Shown: piece after piece, positions 22,775-33,203 of the stretch | Numbering within the stretch: position 1 is the stretch's first letter | Layout: each line of letters starts with the position of its first letter | IMG/VR virus record: IMGVR_UViG_3300013383_000030 | Source: an uncultured virus (IMG/VR IMGVR_UViG_3300013383_000030) | Lineage: Duplodnaviria; Heunggongvirae; Uroviricota; Caudoviricetes | Direction: 5' to 3' (one strand) | DNA: 64,000 bases | Translations under genes and position numbers: made by a program | The notes under the pieces: generated by a model | The model's database searches: none | Told to the model about the DNA's origin: nothing | Seen by the model: only the letters and a program-made list of their open reading frames with translations

Positions 22775-23551
22775 TCAGATGTCGTTGGATAGGCGAATCA
22801 GTTCATCAATCTGCTTCTCGTCGAAAATCTTCTTGCACCTGTCATACAGTTTGCGACACCCATCATAGTCCCTTTGTGCCCTCGACCTCTCTGACAGATC
22901 GTATCCGAATGTGTGGACAAATTCGTCCAGCGATTGACCATCCTTCACAGCCTCGCAACCACACCCGAATTCCGACACCATTGTCTCCAGACTGGACCTT
23001 TTACCGCTTTCGGTGTTCGCAACCGAATCCCAGAAATAGATCCAGGCACTACCCTTCTTGTTAGTCAGTGTCACCTTGAACTTATTATGCCTGTTCAGGT
23101 CGTCGGGACCGAAAATTGGAGACGGCTCGCATGCAACTTTTTGAATCCTAACCTTCGTCTCGGTCTTCTTCATGAAGTCGTTGAGATCGTCGGTCTTGAA
23201 ATCCTCTTTCTTCGACTTCTCGTCATCTGGCTTGTCTTCCCAACCATCAGAATCCTTGGGAACATCCGAACCACCCTGTTTCGTGTTGTCAGAAGTTTCG
23301 CCATCTTGACCTTCAGCATCATCTCCCCCAAATGAAGGAATGTCATTTTCCTCCATTATCTCAGATATGCGTTCTCCAAGTGACATCTTTTTCAGATCCT
23401 CAATGTGGCTTATGGCTTTCTCGTCCTTGTCACATCCGTCATTTCCGTTTCCACATCCCCTGCCGGACACAGCCCCGCCGAAGAACGTTTCAAACCCTTC
23501 GTCATTGACGCCGCTTTCCACAATTTCACGAATTCTGTCCTCGGGTTCCAT
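22775..23551 (-). CDS. Hypothetical acidic late protein
   Basis: 258-aa ORF behind GTAAATA. Confidence 0.6.
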   Translation of the reverse strand: MEPEDRIREIVESGVNDEGFETFFGGAVSGRGCGNGNDGCDKDEKAISHIEDLKKMSLGERISEIMEENDIPSFGGDDAEGQDGETSDNTKQGGSDVPKDSDGWEDKPDDEKSKKEDFKTDDLNDFMKKTETKVRIQKVACEPSPIFGPDDLNRHNKFKVTLTNKKGSAWIYFWDSVANTESGKRSSLETMVSEFGCGCEAVKDGQSLDEFVHTFGYDLSERSRAQRDYDGCRKLYDRCKKIFDEKQIDELIRLSNDI

Positions 23552-23576
23552 GTCAAAAATCCTTTTGAATATTTAC

Positions 23577-23791
23577 ATAAAATTTGACGAGAAAGATACC
23601 ACGTCTTCAGCCCGGCATATGAATCGTCATTCTTTCTCATTGTTTTTTGCAAATAGAATCGTACCGACGGAACATCTGGAAATAACGCTTGTGGAGTTCA
23701 ATACCTCTGACAATGGCACTTGTAGTGTTGCTGGTGGGTCTGGACGTTGAGACAAGAAAACGCTTTGTCTTTAGCGTTGCATAGAGTTCAC
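23577..23791 (+). mobile_element. Non-autonomous IS605-type mini-element: left end + omegaRNA scaffold + right end, no tnpB
   Basis: Inserted after TTAC. Left end with tgacga...tcgtca inverted arms; 23661-23791 aligns with tnpB 3' end/right end 58172-58302. Confidence 0.8.
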
Positions 23792-23800
23792 AACTTGAAA

Positions 23801-25801
23801 TCACCACATCGGTCCGTCGTCATCGAAACCAGCAAGTGGATCCGAAAACGAGTTTCCCGTCCCGAATATCATAGGGGACCGCCCGGATGACACGTCTCCG
23901 CGAGCCTCCCTTGTCCGGGCAATCATATCCGACTGCGAGAGAATGGCGCGCTCCTCTGGTCTCTTGTGTATTCCGAGCATGTCCTCCTGGGTGTACACGA
24001 TGCGGTTTGGGTTTTGTTGCGGCGCATGGTTCGACACAATCGTCTGCGCCCCGAGTATCTTCATTGTGTTCTACTCCCTTTCCGTTATATCATGTTCCAT
24101 TTTCTCGAACTCCTCCCTGTGGAGCGTCTTGTAGGTCAGGAATTGCTGTACCTGGGGTATCTTCAGGACAGACTTGATTTCGTCATCTGTCACATCAAAC
24201 ATGGAACCAATCGTTCTCGGGAACACGTTTCCTATTGATGACGTGAACGTGTCCGCGACAACGAAATACTTCTCTATGTTCTCCGGATTCAGAATCCAGC
24301 AAGCCCAAATCATCGTCATTATGTGGTCGTCGTGGTTGTCGCCGACAGCTGCGTAGATGTTCTGTATCTTCGTGTCCTTCTTGACGAATGTTCCCATTTC
24401 GTCGATCAACTCGAGATCGTTCAACTCGAATCCGAACCCCATTGTCGTCATCATGTCCCTGAACCACAGACAAGCCCTTGACTTCACCTATACGTGTGAC
24501 TGTATGCCACATCCGTTGTCCCGGTTCATCCTGACGAAGTTCTCGTATTCGTATGTTATCCTTAACTGCTCGATGTACCCGAGGGCTATCCCGTTCGATT
24601 CACAAGCGAGAAACGGGCTGTTGTACATCCTCGCTATCTTGAGTGTAACGAACGCAAAGTCGAGTATGGATATGTTGGGGTCGCTAAACTTAAGACACAT
24701 TCTTATGTTGGACGTGTCTGTTATGTCCCAGACATAGAGAACGGATGCGTCCTTTCCGACACCTTCTGCGACATCGGATGTAATGAGATATGTTCTGTTG
24801 GGGTTGAACTCGTGGAACATCCTGAGTGTGAACGTCTTTGTTCCGTCTTCCGAGAAAACGGCAAGCTCCTTCCCTTGGTTGAATCCGTTCTTTTTGTTCC
24901 CCACCAGGATCATCCTATACTTCTCGATTATGTCGTCCGGAATGAGCTTCTTTGCGTCATCGCTGTCTATGAACTGGCAGTTGTATTCCTGCTGAAATCT
25001 TCTTTCGCCAATAGCCGCTATTTGAGCTTGTTTCCATTCTTCCGTATCATGTCCTGGAACCTGCCAATAAAACATCTGAAACGGCTACCACCCGTCAACA
25101 TTCTTTGTTTTGTCCTTTGACTTTGCCTGTGACCAAATCTTATAGAACAGGTTGTTTTTTCCATTTGGTGTTGAAACAATTATTATCTTTCCATTTGGGT
25201 CTTGAGAGATGACAGGATATACAGATGCAAACAGTTTGTCCTCTATGTTTTTCGGAAGAAATGAAAATTCGTCGAGTATTAGCACATTCATACTCTGTCC
25301 TCTTGGTCCGTTGCTCGAACTTGAGAACGCCTGTATCGTCGATCTGTTTGCAAACCTGACATTTTTCTTGTTCCATTCCTCACATGCTGGTTTCAGAAAT
25401 GATGGAAGATATTCATAACCCGTCTTGATCCTGTCAAGAAGTTCAAGGGCAGTTGTTTCAGCCTGTGCAAGCATCATGATTCTCTTGTCTTGATGAAAAC
25501 AAGCTAGCCAAAGAGCATATATGCAATATATCGTAGATTTACCCTGCTGACGCCCAGAACAACAAATTATCTTGTTGTGTTGTGTCAGAAACTGAAGAAA
25601 TTCCTTCTGCACATCATACAGCTTGATGATATGCAACCCTTTAGCCGGATGAACAACTCGATAGTAGTTTTCAGCAAAATAAACAATGTCTCTTCTGCAT
25701 TTGATTATCTCTTTTATTCTCTGCTGATATTCTTCTCGTGATATGTATTCAACATGGCCGGGTTTCTTGATTGTTGACAATTCCTTATTTTCGATTGGCA
25801 C
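23801..25801 (-). CDS. terL: Terminase large subunit (T4 gp17-like), 666 aa, 3 internal TAG
   Basis: SGRQQGKST, LILDEF, STPNG, DVAEGVGKDAS, HDDHIM. Four ORFs join across TAG 25085, 24488 and 24071. Confidence 0.95.
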
Positions 25802-25949
25802 ACAATTTCCTCCTGTCTCTATTTACAATAAAAATGACGAGAAAGATGCCATGTCTTCAGCATGGCACAGAGTTCATTTAAAACACTTAAATACTGCGCT
25901 GAGAACGTGGCGGCTTTCCCGTCAAGTTTTTTGTAATTGTCTTGGGTGT

Positions 25950-26726
25950 TCAGATCGCGACGTCATCAATCGTGTAGTTCGAGTAGGCGAGTGTTATGGA
26001 GTGCTTCACTTCATCTGCGGTCGCCGCATCAAGCGTAAGTTCCTGGAATATCTTCACCCAGCAGTTATGGAACGTAAATGATATGATGTTGTTCTTGAAG
26101 TGGTCAAGGAGAAATATCCTGCAGTCGACGAAGTCCTTGACCGATATGCCGTTCGCATCAGACGTGTCTATTACCCGGTTTATCTACCCTTCGAAGGCGG
26201 AGCACCACTTGAAGAGAGCCCGATAATTTCGCCACTTTTCGTCGACGATGTACTCTATCGTTATCTCCTTCTAATCTGCATCAAGAAGATGGGTCGGAAA
26301 TTCACATGAATATCCCTTGAACGATGCCGATGTCGACCCCATGACCTGCTGTGGAATGGCGAAGTGTGTTAAGTTAAGCTCGAGATCCGAGTACTTCCTC
26401 CCAAGCACTTGTGATATGGGAAAGTACCCCCACCAGTGGTTTCCATGTGCATATTCGGTATCGAGACCGTTCATGGATGGGACGTATATTCCGGAGTTCT
26501 TGTCGTCCCTGTTGATCTTGTCTATCTTGTCCTGCATCGGATCCGAGCCGAGGTCGTTCCATGAGTTTAACGAACCCCCAGAAGATCCAGACGACGAGAC
26601 CCCGGACGACGAGACCCCGGAATTGACCTGTCCGATGGAGGGTGCGTCGGAGAGACTGTCCTTCCTTTCGTTGTTCCGATTCTTCCCACCAATTCCGATT
26701 ACCGCACCAGCATTATTCGTGATCAT
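25950..26726 (-). CDS. T4 gp3-like tail completion/sheath stabiliser; 2 internal TAG
   Basis: After readthrough: ITIEYIVDEKWRNYRALFKW...IFLLDHFKNNIISFTFHNCW...ELTLD. Confidence 0.75.
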
Positions 26727-26824
26727 TGAAAATATTTACAAGAGAAATGACAAAAAAAGATGCCATGTCTTCAGCCCGGTATGGAATTTGATTTAATGCC
26801 TTAAATGCTTTTCTTCGTCTGATT

Positions 26825-27235
26825 TTAGACTGGAATCAGACGCGATAGCTTCGTAATTTTTCCATCCTCTAGTTTCTTGAGAAGCCTGATCTGCTCCTCG
26901 TTCATGTTATCGAGGAGTTTTTTGTTCTCAATCTCACCCTTCTTCGCATACTCAACATCCCTCTTCGAGAGACCGGACTCGAACATTCTCCTCTCATACG
27001 GATCCATGTTCAACGGGAGTCTGTCGAGTTCGTTCCACGACGTACTTTGACCCCCAAACGAGATTTCGATTTTCTTATTTCCCCAACATTCTGCTGTTCT
27101 TCCGTCCTCGGACCCCTTACTTACGATTTTCCCCGTTGACTTTGAGATTAGTGTACCGTCTGACAGCTGAAACAAATCTCCTTTGAACCTCGAGCCCAAG
27201 GGCGGTGTGGGTGGTTCTGGATTGATGTTAGTCAA
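26825..27235 (-). CDS. Hypothetical protein, start uncertain
   Basis: 136-aa ORF with a TTG start. Confidence 0.35.
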   Translation of the reverse strand: MTNINPEPPTPPLGSRFKGDLFQLSDGTLISKSTGKIVSKGSEDGRTAECWGNKKIEISFGGQSTSWNELDRLPLNMDPYERRMFESGLSKRDVEYAKKGEIENKKLLDNMNEEQIRLLKKLEDGKITKLSRLIPV

Positions 27236-27382
27236 CGCAGACAGCCTTTCCGCAGAGTCCGGTTACGCTGCTCCAGATCATTTCACCATCATCATCGTAG
27301 ATTGCAGAATTGTTCCCAAAGTTCAATGTTCTTCCTTCAAAGTTCGTGTTGGCACATGGCATCTATCTTGCGAGTTTTGTAT

Positions 27383-27665
27383 ATATTATATAATTTTCAT
27401 ACACACTTGTCAATACCTTTTATCTTTTTTCGCAAATAGTGTATATGAAAGCAAAAGAAGTAAGAAAACTGCTGGGAATAGCACAGTTCACCCTGTACCG
27501 CTACCTTAAGGAGGGAAAGGTGAAACTGAGGTCAAAACTGTCGAAAACATATCGATTTCTGCTTCAGGATTATGTCCATAACGCAGTTTTCAGTAAATTC
27601 TATAAACAAATGAAAATTAATGTTCATTAGTTTTCATAAATGTTTATGAAAATTGTATTTTATAG
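27383..27665 (+). mobile_element. Internally deleted IS607 derivative (tnpA 5' fused to tnpB 3')
   Basis: MKAKEVRKLLGI... is joined to YRFLLQDYVHNAVFSKFY; the ends resemble those of 47750-49861. Confidence 0.75.
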
Positions 27666-27948
27666 CACTTCGCCATATTTTTGTCAAGTCATTTCAGATC
27701 TCTTTCAGCCTTCTGTTGACAAGATCGAGCACTTCATTTAGTATTTTCCCTCGGAAGGACAAATTCGATTTTTGGTTTCCCATCCCTAAAATCAGCTTTC
27801 CACCCCATTTCCTCGTCCCGAACCTCTAGTCGTAGAGTGCGTACGCGGAGTTCTCCTCGTAGTCCTTTTTTTTGACGTGTTGTTTCCGTTTGTCTTCAGT
27901 CGAGTGTGGAGTAGTTGCAGTTAAGGAGCCCCCTGACTTCTGACGCTT

Positions 27949-28530
27949 TCATTTGATGGCTGTTATGTTCTTCCGCAGGGGACGCAGAGTGCAGCCGAGA
28001 AGCCTTCCGTTGTCAGACGTGTTGTCTAGAACAGCGATTCCGTCGAAATTCGTGAGAATTTTCTTGATGAGATCGACAGCCATGTGTTTCGTGTTGAACA
28101 TCTCGCGCTTGGTGAGTTTTATTGTGATCTTCACCTTCAGGAGATCCTTGATGAGGAAGTCGCGAATTTGGGAGATCTTGTGGTTGTAGTCGCCGTCGTC
28201 AATCCGGATTGTAAAAACGACCTCCTTGGCTTCGGCGTTTGCGATTCTCGACTTCTTGGCGGCTTCCTTGTCGCGTTTCTTCTGCTCGTACTTAGCTTTC
28301 GAGAAGTCGTAGATCTTGCACGTGGAGCGCGGGTCGTTCGTCTTGTTGTATGCGACCTGGACGAGGTTCATCCCGCTTTCCTTCGCCATGAGGATAGCCT
28401 CGTCCCTGTCGACGATAACAGACGTGCCGTCATTCCTAATAAGACGGATCTTCCCGGGGAAGATGTCGTAGTCCTTGTAGATTTGCCGTTCCCGGCGGTT
28501 TCCGTTCCTGTTGTTCTCGTTTTTGTTCAT
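27949..28530 (-). CDS. infC: Translation initiation factor IF-3
   Basis: IRLI...AILMAKESGMNLVQV...CKIYDFSKAKYEQKKRDKEA...KEV.F...IDDGDYNHK...KVKITI. Confidence 0.85.
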   Translation of the reverse strand: MNKNENNRNGNRRERQIYKDYDIFPGKIRLIRNDGTSVIVDRDEAILMAKESGMNLVQVAYNKTNDPRSTCKIYDFSKAKYEQKKRDKEAAKKSRIANAEAKEVVFTIRIDDGDYNHKISQIRDFLIKDLLKVKITIKLTKREMFNTKHMAVDLIKKILTNFDGIAVLDNTSDNGRLLGCTLRPLRKNITAIK

Positions 28531-28541
28531 TTGTTATCTTT

Positions 28542-29510
28542 TTAGACAAAAAACTGTGCGTAACCCATGAATTTCTTGTGGTCGAGTTCCTCCTGTCTCC
28601 TCCACTCGTCGTTCGTCCACGGCTCGGAGACGACCTTCCACTTTTCTGTGTCAAGGAAGAAATCTGGTGTCCACCACACCTCCTCTCCGGTTTTGGTGTT
28701 CATATGCTTGTGGTGGCAGTTCTCGCAGTACCCAAGTGGATTCATGATGTATTTCGCTTTCCCGACGTTGAACACCTTCCTTTCATGGAGGTGACCGCTA
28801 ATGACAACCTTGATGTTCGGGTGCTTCCCGATCCAGGCGGTCTTGTCGGTTACGTACGAGGCATACAAGGTCTTTGGCAAGTATTTCTGCGAAAGGCATC
28901 TGCGGCTCAGGCAGTGGTGCGTCATGAGGATGATGTTCCGATTCGGATTTTCCTCGACGATTCTCGTGATTTCCGCGAACGTCCTGTTGAAGTGCTCGAG
29001 GTAGTCCTCCGGCTTCAGGTGTTCCGGTCCATCCTTCCCGTTCCGCGCGAAGAACATGAAGTCGTTCATGTAGCTTCCGCTCATCTTCGGACGGGCTGAG
29101 AACATATTCATCTCAACCATCTTCCCTATGGGATACTTTGAGTATGTCATGTCTGGGCGGAATGTGTAGTCCGCGTACAGGACGTCAGCAACAAGGAGGG
29201 TTCCGTCTGCAAGCTCCTTGGTTATTGACCCCACGTCGCTGTCGAGATACGAGATGTCTGACTCGACAGGAAACTTCTCGTGGTAGAACTTCTTGACGTC
29301 CTGAAGGGTCGTGTTGTCAGCGACGTAGCAGTCGTGGTTCCCCGATATGAACGCACCCTTATTGATGTTGTCCTTCAGCCATTTCTCGGCTCGAAATCTG
29401 TCCCCTCCGAGATCTCCCGCAATCAGGTTGTAGTCGCAGTTGGACTCCAGGACGAGGGGATATTCCCAGTTGATGTCAAGGTGAAGATCTGAAATTATTC
29501 TTATGAGCAT
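28542..29510 (-). CDS. Calcineurin-like metallophosphoesterase
   Basis: SDLH, AGDL, GNHD, THH and GHLH motifs. Confidence 0.85.
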   Translation of the reverse strand: MLIRIISDLHLDINWEYPLVLESNCDYNLIAGDLGGDRFRAEKWLKDNINKGAFISGNHDCYVADNTTLQDVKKFYHEKFPVESDISYLDSDVGSITKELADGTLLVADVLYADYTFRPDMTYSKYPIGKMVEMNMFSARPKMSGSYMNDFMFFARNGKDGPEHLKPEDYLEHFNRTFAEITRIVEENPNRNIILMTHHCLSRRCLSQKYLPKTLYASYVTDKTAWIGKHPNIKVVISGHLHERKVFNVGKAKYIMNPLGYCENCHHKHMNTKTGEEVWWTPDFFLDTEKWKVVSEPWTNDEWRRQEELDHKKFMGYAQFFV

Positions 29511-29574
29511 GTTGCCTTGGATTATAGCATTTTCCGTGGTGATGTCAAGTTGTTTTTGTAATTTGTGGTGTAAT

Positions 29575-30153
29575 TCATGACTTAAACTGCATGATATTTG
29601 ACATGTCGCTGTATCGTTCGAGAAGCCTGTCGTACACTTTCCTGAACCTGTCGCTTTTTCCCGCTCTCAGCTTCGTCCGCTCAATTGTGAAGTTGAATAG
29701 GTTCATCAGACCGTTTGCGAAAGCCGTCCTAGGCATCATCAGCTGTTCCATTTTCGTCTTCAGAAAGAAATGCAGAAGGATTTTCGGGTTCCAAATGTCA
29801 GCCTCGTAGAAAAGCGTGACAATCGAGAACTTCGGCATCTTACCCAAGTTGCATGGACCGAACTCGTCGTAGTCGTTCATGTAGGCTCCATCCTGCCCGA
29901 CGAGTGTGCAGACAAGTGAAGGATGTCTCTCCACGATTGAGTCAAGGTTCTGGAATTTTCCGAGCGAGTCCCTTGTGAACTCATATGCACCCCTGTGTGT
30001 GATTCCCTCGAAAATCCTGTAGACGGAATGGTCGTCAAGACTTACGTCGGCAAGCATAGCCTTGATTTCGAGCTGCGCCCAGTTCGAGATGTTCCCGCAC
30101 ATTATGCTCTTGATTAGCTCGAATTGCGGATCGCTTGAGTTCACGAACTGCAT
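29575..30153 (-). CDS. Hypothetical protein
   Basis: 192-aa ORF in the operon. Confidence 0.55.
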   Translation of the reverse strand: MQFVNSSDPQFELIKSIMCGNISNWAQLEIKAMLADVSLDDHSVYRIFEGITHRGAYEFTRDSLGKFQNLDSIVERHPSLVCTLVGQDGAYMNDYDEFGPCNLGKMPKFSIVTLFYEADIWNPKILLHFFLKTKMEQLMMPRTAFANGLMNLFNFTIERTKLRAGKSDRFRKVYDRLLERYSDMSNIMQFKS

Positions 30154-30310
30154 TTCTCGTTCCTAGGGCTGTCGAGAACGTCGATGATGTCAAAATTCTC
30201 GTGCAGATTCGGGAACTTGACGACGACGGAAGGCTGCTCTCCGCCCTCGATGAAGTGGTCGAGCACCTTCGAAAGCGGAACGTCTGCGGAAATCCTCTCG
30301 TCGTAGACCA

Positions 30311-31480
30311 TCAGGACACCCTGAGGAGGTATTCGCGGGACTTAGCCTTGAAGTGGGGAAGGGTCATTGACTTCGTGTTGAATACACTCCCCTCGCGGAG
30401 GCTTGCAGGACGTGCTGCGACTTCTTCAAGATACTCACACGTAAGTTTCACGACCCCGAGAACCGGAACGGTCTTGATTTCATATCCGGTGATTTCCCTG
30501 CACACCCGGTTCACCTCGAGGAAGTGCCACGGAGTCCCCCAGAGACCGATTCGGCAAGCATAGTCTGGATCCTTCGGAAATGAGACTGCGAACATGTTGA
30601 ACGACAGCCGTCCCCTTGCGTCCATGTTGGCCTTCGACGCGTTGATCCCTTCTCCCACCGTCTCGCCGCGTACACAGATTGTCTTTCTGTAATGTTTCGC
30701 GAGTTCCCTTACGAGAGGAATGACATCCTTCACTGCTCTGGTGTACACGTTGTCGCACTCAAGTTTCAGGTCAAGGGAACGGCTCATGACATGAACCTCG
30801 CCGTCCGGAGTCGAAAGGATTGATGTCGAGGTTCCGTCGAGCTTCGCCGTCTCCAGGACGTCCTCACCCCACGGAAACTCCGAATTGTCGATGTTCTCGA
30901 AATTCTCCTCGTCCGTCTTCCACACGCCGTCGCAGAGAGGACCGCGAGCGTCGGTCTGACCCATCGAGCCTCCTGCAATTGGTGCGACCCAGTGCTCGAC
31001 GCCGAAATGCTGTTTCAGGAAGTTCGCCCCGTTATCCTCGTCGCGAATTCTCCTGTTTATGTCATTGAAGAACTCGTCGCCGAAACACGAAGACGAAATG
31101 CCGAGATTTCCGATGACGTCAGACCACTTCAGGAGAATCCCCATGCTCAGGTGTCCGCGAAGCTTGATTGTCTTGACGCGACCGTTTGAACCGAGATACC
31201 CCATGAGGTTCGTCTGCCACGGGAACTCGGCTTGCCAGGCGTCACATGTCATGAAATCGCCGGTCTTCATCGAGGTGTGTTCGTCCTCGATCCTCTGCCT
31301 GTATGCGTCGAAGCACGACAGCTTCGCGTCATCGCGGATATAGAAGCACCAGTCGCCCCCGCAGAACTCTCCCTTCCTGACAACACATGGGAAGTTCGAG
31401 ACCAGTGCAATCTCGAGGTTGTCCGAGTTCTCGCAGGGCTTGATTTTCTGAATCTTCTCAAATGTCGCGTCTGTTGCCAT
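30311..31480 (-). CDS. RNA ligase, DRB0094-like family
   Basis: N-terminal IKPCENSDNLE...VVRKGEF; KTDEE, KLDGTS, RGETVG, REGSVF, FKAKSREYL. Confidence 0.8.
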   Translation of the reverse strand: MATDATFEKIQKIKPCENSDNLEIALVSNFPCVVRKGEFCGGDWCFYIRDDAKLSCFDAYRQRIEDEHTSMKTGDFMTCDAWQAEFPWQTNLMGYLGSNGRVKTIKLRGHLSMGILLKWSDVIGNLGISSSCFGDEFFNDINRRIRDEDNGANFLKQHFGVEHWVAPIAGGSMGQTDARGPLCDGVWKTDEENFENIDNSEFPWGEDVLETAKLDGTSTSILSTPDGEVHVMSRSLDLKLECDNVYTRAVKDVIPLVRELAKHYRKTICVRGETVGEGINASKANMDARGRLSFNMFAVSFPKDPDYACRIGLWGTPWHFLEVNRVCREITGYEIKTVPVLGVVKLTCEYLEEVAARPASLREGSVFNTKSMTLPHFKAKSREYLLRVS

Positions 31481-31500
31481 ATCCTATATCCTTTCGGCGG

Positions 31501-31722
31501 CTACATTGTGTACAAAGATGCCTTGAGGTTGTCACTTGTCTTGTTCACCTGTGCAATGACACTTGTTCCATTCTCGTTCTGGTATCCGAGACCGTTGACC
31601 TCTTTAAAGCTGACGTACTAGTGGGTGTCCTTGTTGAGGACGTAGTATTTCGTGCTGTCGGCATCCTTACCGAACGAGACGAGACTTGCGGCACAGACCG
31701 CTGCAAACATGAGCTTTTTCAT
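31501..31722 (-). CDS. Small protein with a signal peptide; stop ambiguous (TAG at 31618 and 31501)
   Basis: MKKLMFAAVCAASLVSFG is signal-like; the frame continues past the first TAG. Confidence 0.4.
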
Positions 31723-31744
31723 TTTATTTTTCCTTTTTGTCGTT

Positions 31745-33061
31745 TTAGTCATTCTTGAAGCGGGTCTTCTGACCCCACTTGCAAAAATTGTAGTCTGCGC
31801 CGTCCTTGGAGAGAACCCAGAGGACCGGATACGGCGGCGGATCCTTCGGGGCGTCGCCACAACCGTCCGTCAGGTAGACAAGTGTTGTGCATTCGTATGC
31901 GTTCTTCTCGATGTGCTCAAACACGGGACAGAAGCTAGTTCCACCAAAACCACCCCACCTGAACGACTTCGGGTCATCAATCGGGAATGGGTTCAGCTCA
32001 TCGTACACGTCATCAGACTGAACATCGGCGTCACACTGGATGAGCCGCACCTCATATCGTCCAAACGTCTCAAGAAGAGACACGAGTTCTCCCATGAACT
32101 TCGGGAGCAAGCACTCTGTGGATCCGGACGTGTCTACAGCAACCACAACATTGATTTTCTCGCCGCGCCGAGACTGCGTGTATGTCTCAGACCAAACACC
32201 TCGGCGTAGCGGTGGAAGCCACTGTCTTCTGTCTCCAAGTGTCGCTGTCACGAACTGTGCGAGATATTCACGCCACGGAATCTCGGCGCTTTGCAGTTTA
32301 TCGATGACAGTCCTTATGGAATCGGGGACCGAGCCGCGTTCGATGCGCTCGGACCTCTGAGCCTCGGAGATTACCATTTCACGAACCCTCTCCGCCGCAT
32401 CGCCATCAATCTTTGGGCAGAAGTCGGGATCGTCACCCTTTTCTCCCCATTCGTCTTTCGGAAGACACTCACCTTCCTTGGACTCTCCTCCCTGTTCGTT
32501 TGGGTCGACGTGATCGTCAAACTGCCCCTCGAGGTCTCCATTTGGGGTTTGGTTTTTTCTGTCCGATCCTTTGTTGCGCTTCTGTTTCTTCAGGAGATAT
32601 TCATAAATTTCCTCTGCGTTCTTTCCCTTGACCTCGGCATCCGGAAAACATAGTCCTTCTGGTGGGTTGAAGCCGTCGCCCTTAAGCATGTTGTTGATTT
32701 CACAGTCGGACGCAACATTCCACAGAATGTGGTCCCTGTTCTGCTTACGAAGCTGGTGGAGGTAGACGACGTGCCAGATTTCATGTGCAAGTACGAAGAT
32801 GCGTTCCTTGTCATTGAGCCTCTTGTAAAAGTCGATGTCGAAAAATATTCGTTTGAAGTCCGTGCAGGCTGTCTGGCAGAAACGGCTTCTGACGGGGACA
32901 AGCTCGAAGCGCATGAGCATTCCACCGAGGAACGGTCGTGTCACAATGAGCTTCTGCCTGTCGAGAGAAAGTGAGTCTGAAACGTTCTTCTTCAATTCCT
33001 TCAGCTTTTCGTCGGTAAGGGACGTGTCAATTTTGTCAAGTGTGAGTTCTCCTGTCTTCAC
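31745..33061 (-). CDS. DUF2201-like metallopeptidase plus VWA domain protein
   Basis: AHEIWH zincin motif; VAVDTSGS, GGTSF and YLTDG MIDAS motifs. Confidence 0.85.
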   Translation of the reverse strand: MKTGELTLDKIDTSLTDEKLKELKKNVSDSLSLDRQKLIVTRPFLGGMLMRFELVPVRSRFCQTACTDFKRIFFDIDFYKRLNDKERIFVLAHEIWHVVYLHQLRKQNRDHILWNVASDCEINNMLKGDGFNPPEGLCFPDAEVKGKNAEEIYEYLLKKQKRNKGSDRKNQTPNGDLEGQFDDHVDPNEQGGESKEGECLPKDEWGEKGDDPDFCPKIDGDAAERVREMVISEAQRSERIERGSVPDSIRTVIDKLQSAEIPWREYLAQFVTATLGDRRQWLPPLRRGVWSETYTQSRRGEKINVVVAVDTSGSTECLLPKFMGELVSLLETFGRYEVRLIQCDADVQSDDVYDELNPFPIDDPKSFRWGGFGGTSFCPVFEHIEKNAYECTTLVYLTDGCGDAPKDPPPYPVLWVLSKDGADYNFCKWGQKTRFKND

Positions 33062-33203
33062 TTTGCTTTCCTCTTTTGTTATACTAACATTATAGCATAT
33101 CTTCCGCTCAAGTCAATCCATTTTTCAATTTGACGAGTTCGGACTGCCCAAGTGAGGAGTTGCAAGACCAGAACGCACATTTCCCTCTTTGAGCGGATAG
33201 TCA

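Noticed and set aside
23801..25801. Terminase split by introns/inteins or pseudogenised
   Set aside because: The fragments are in one frame, separated only by single TAG codons with no intervening sequence.
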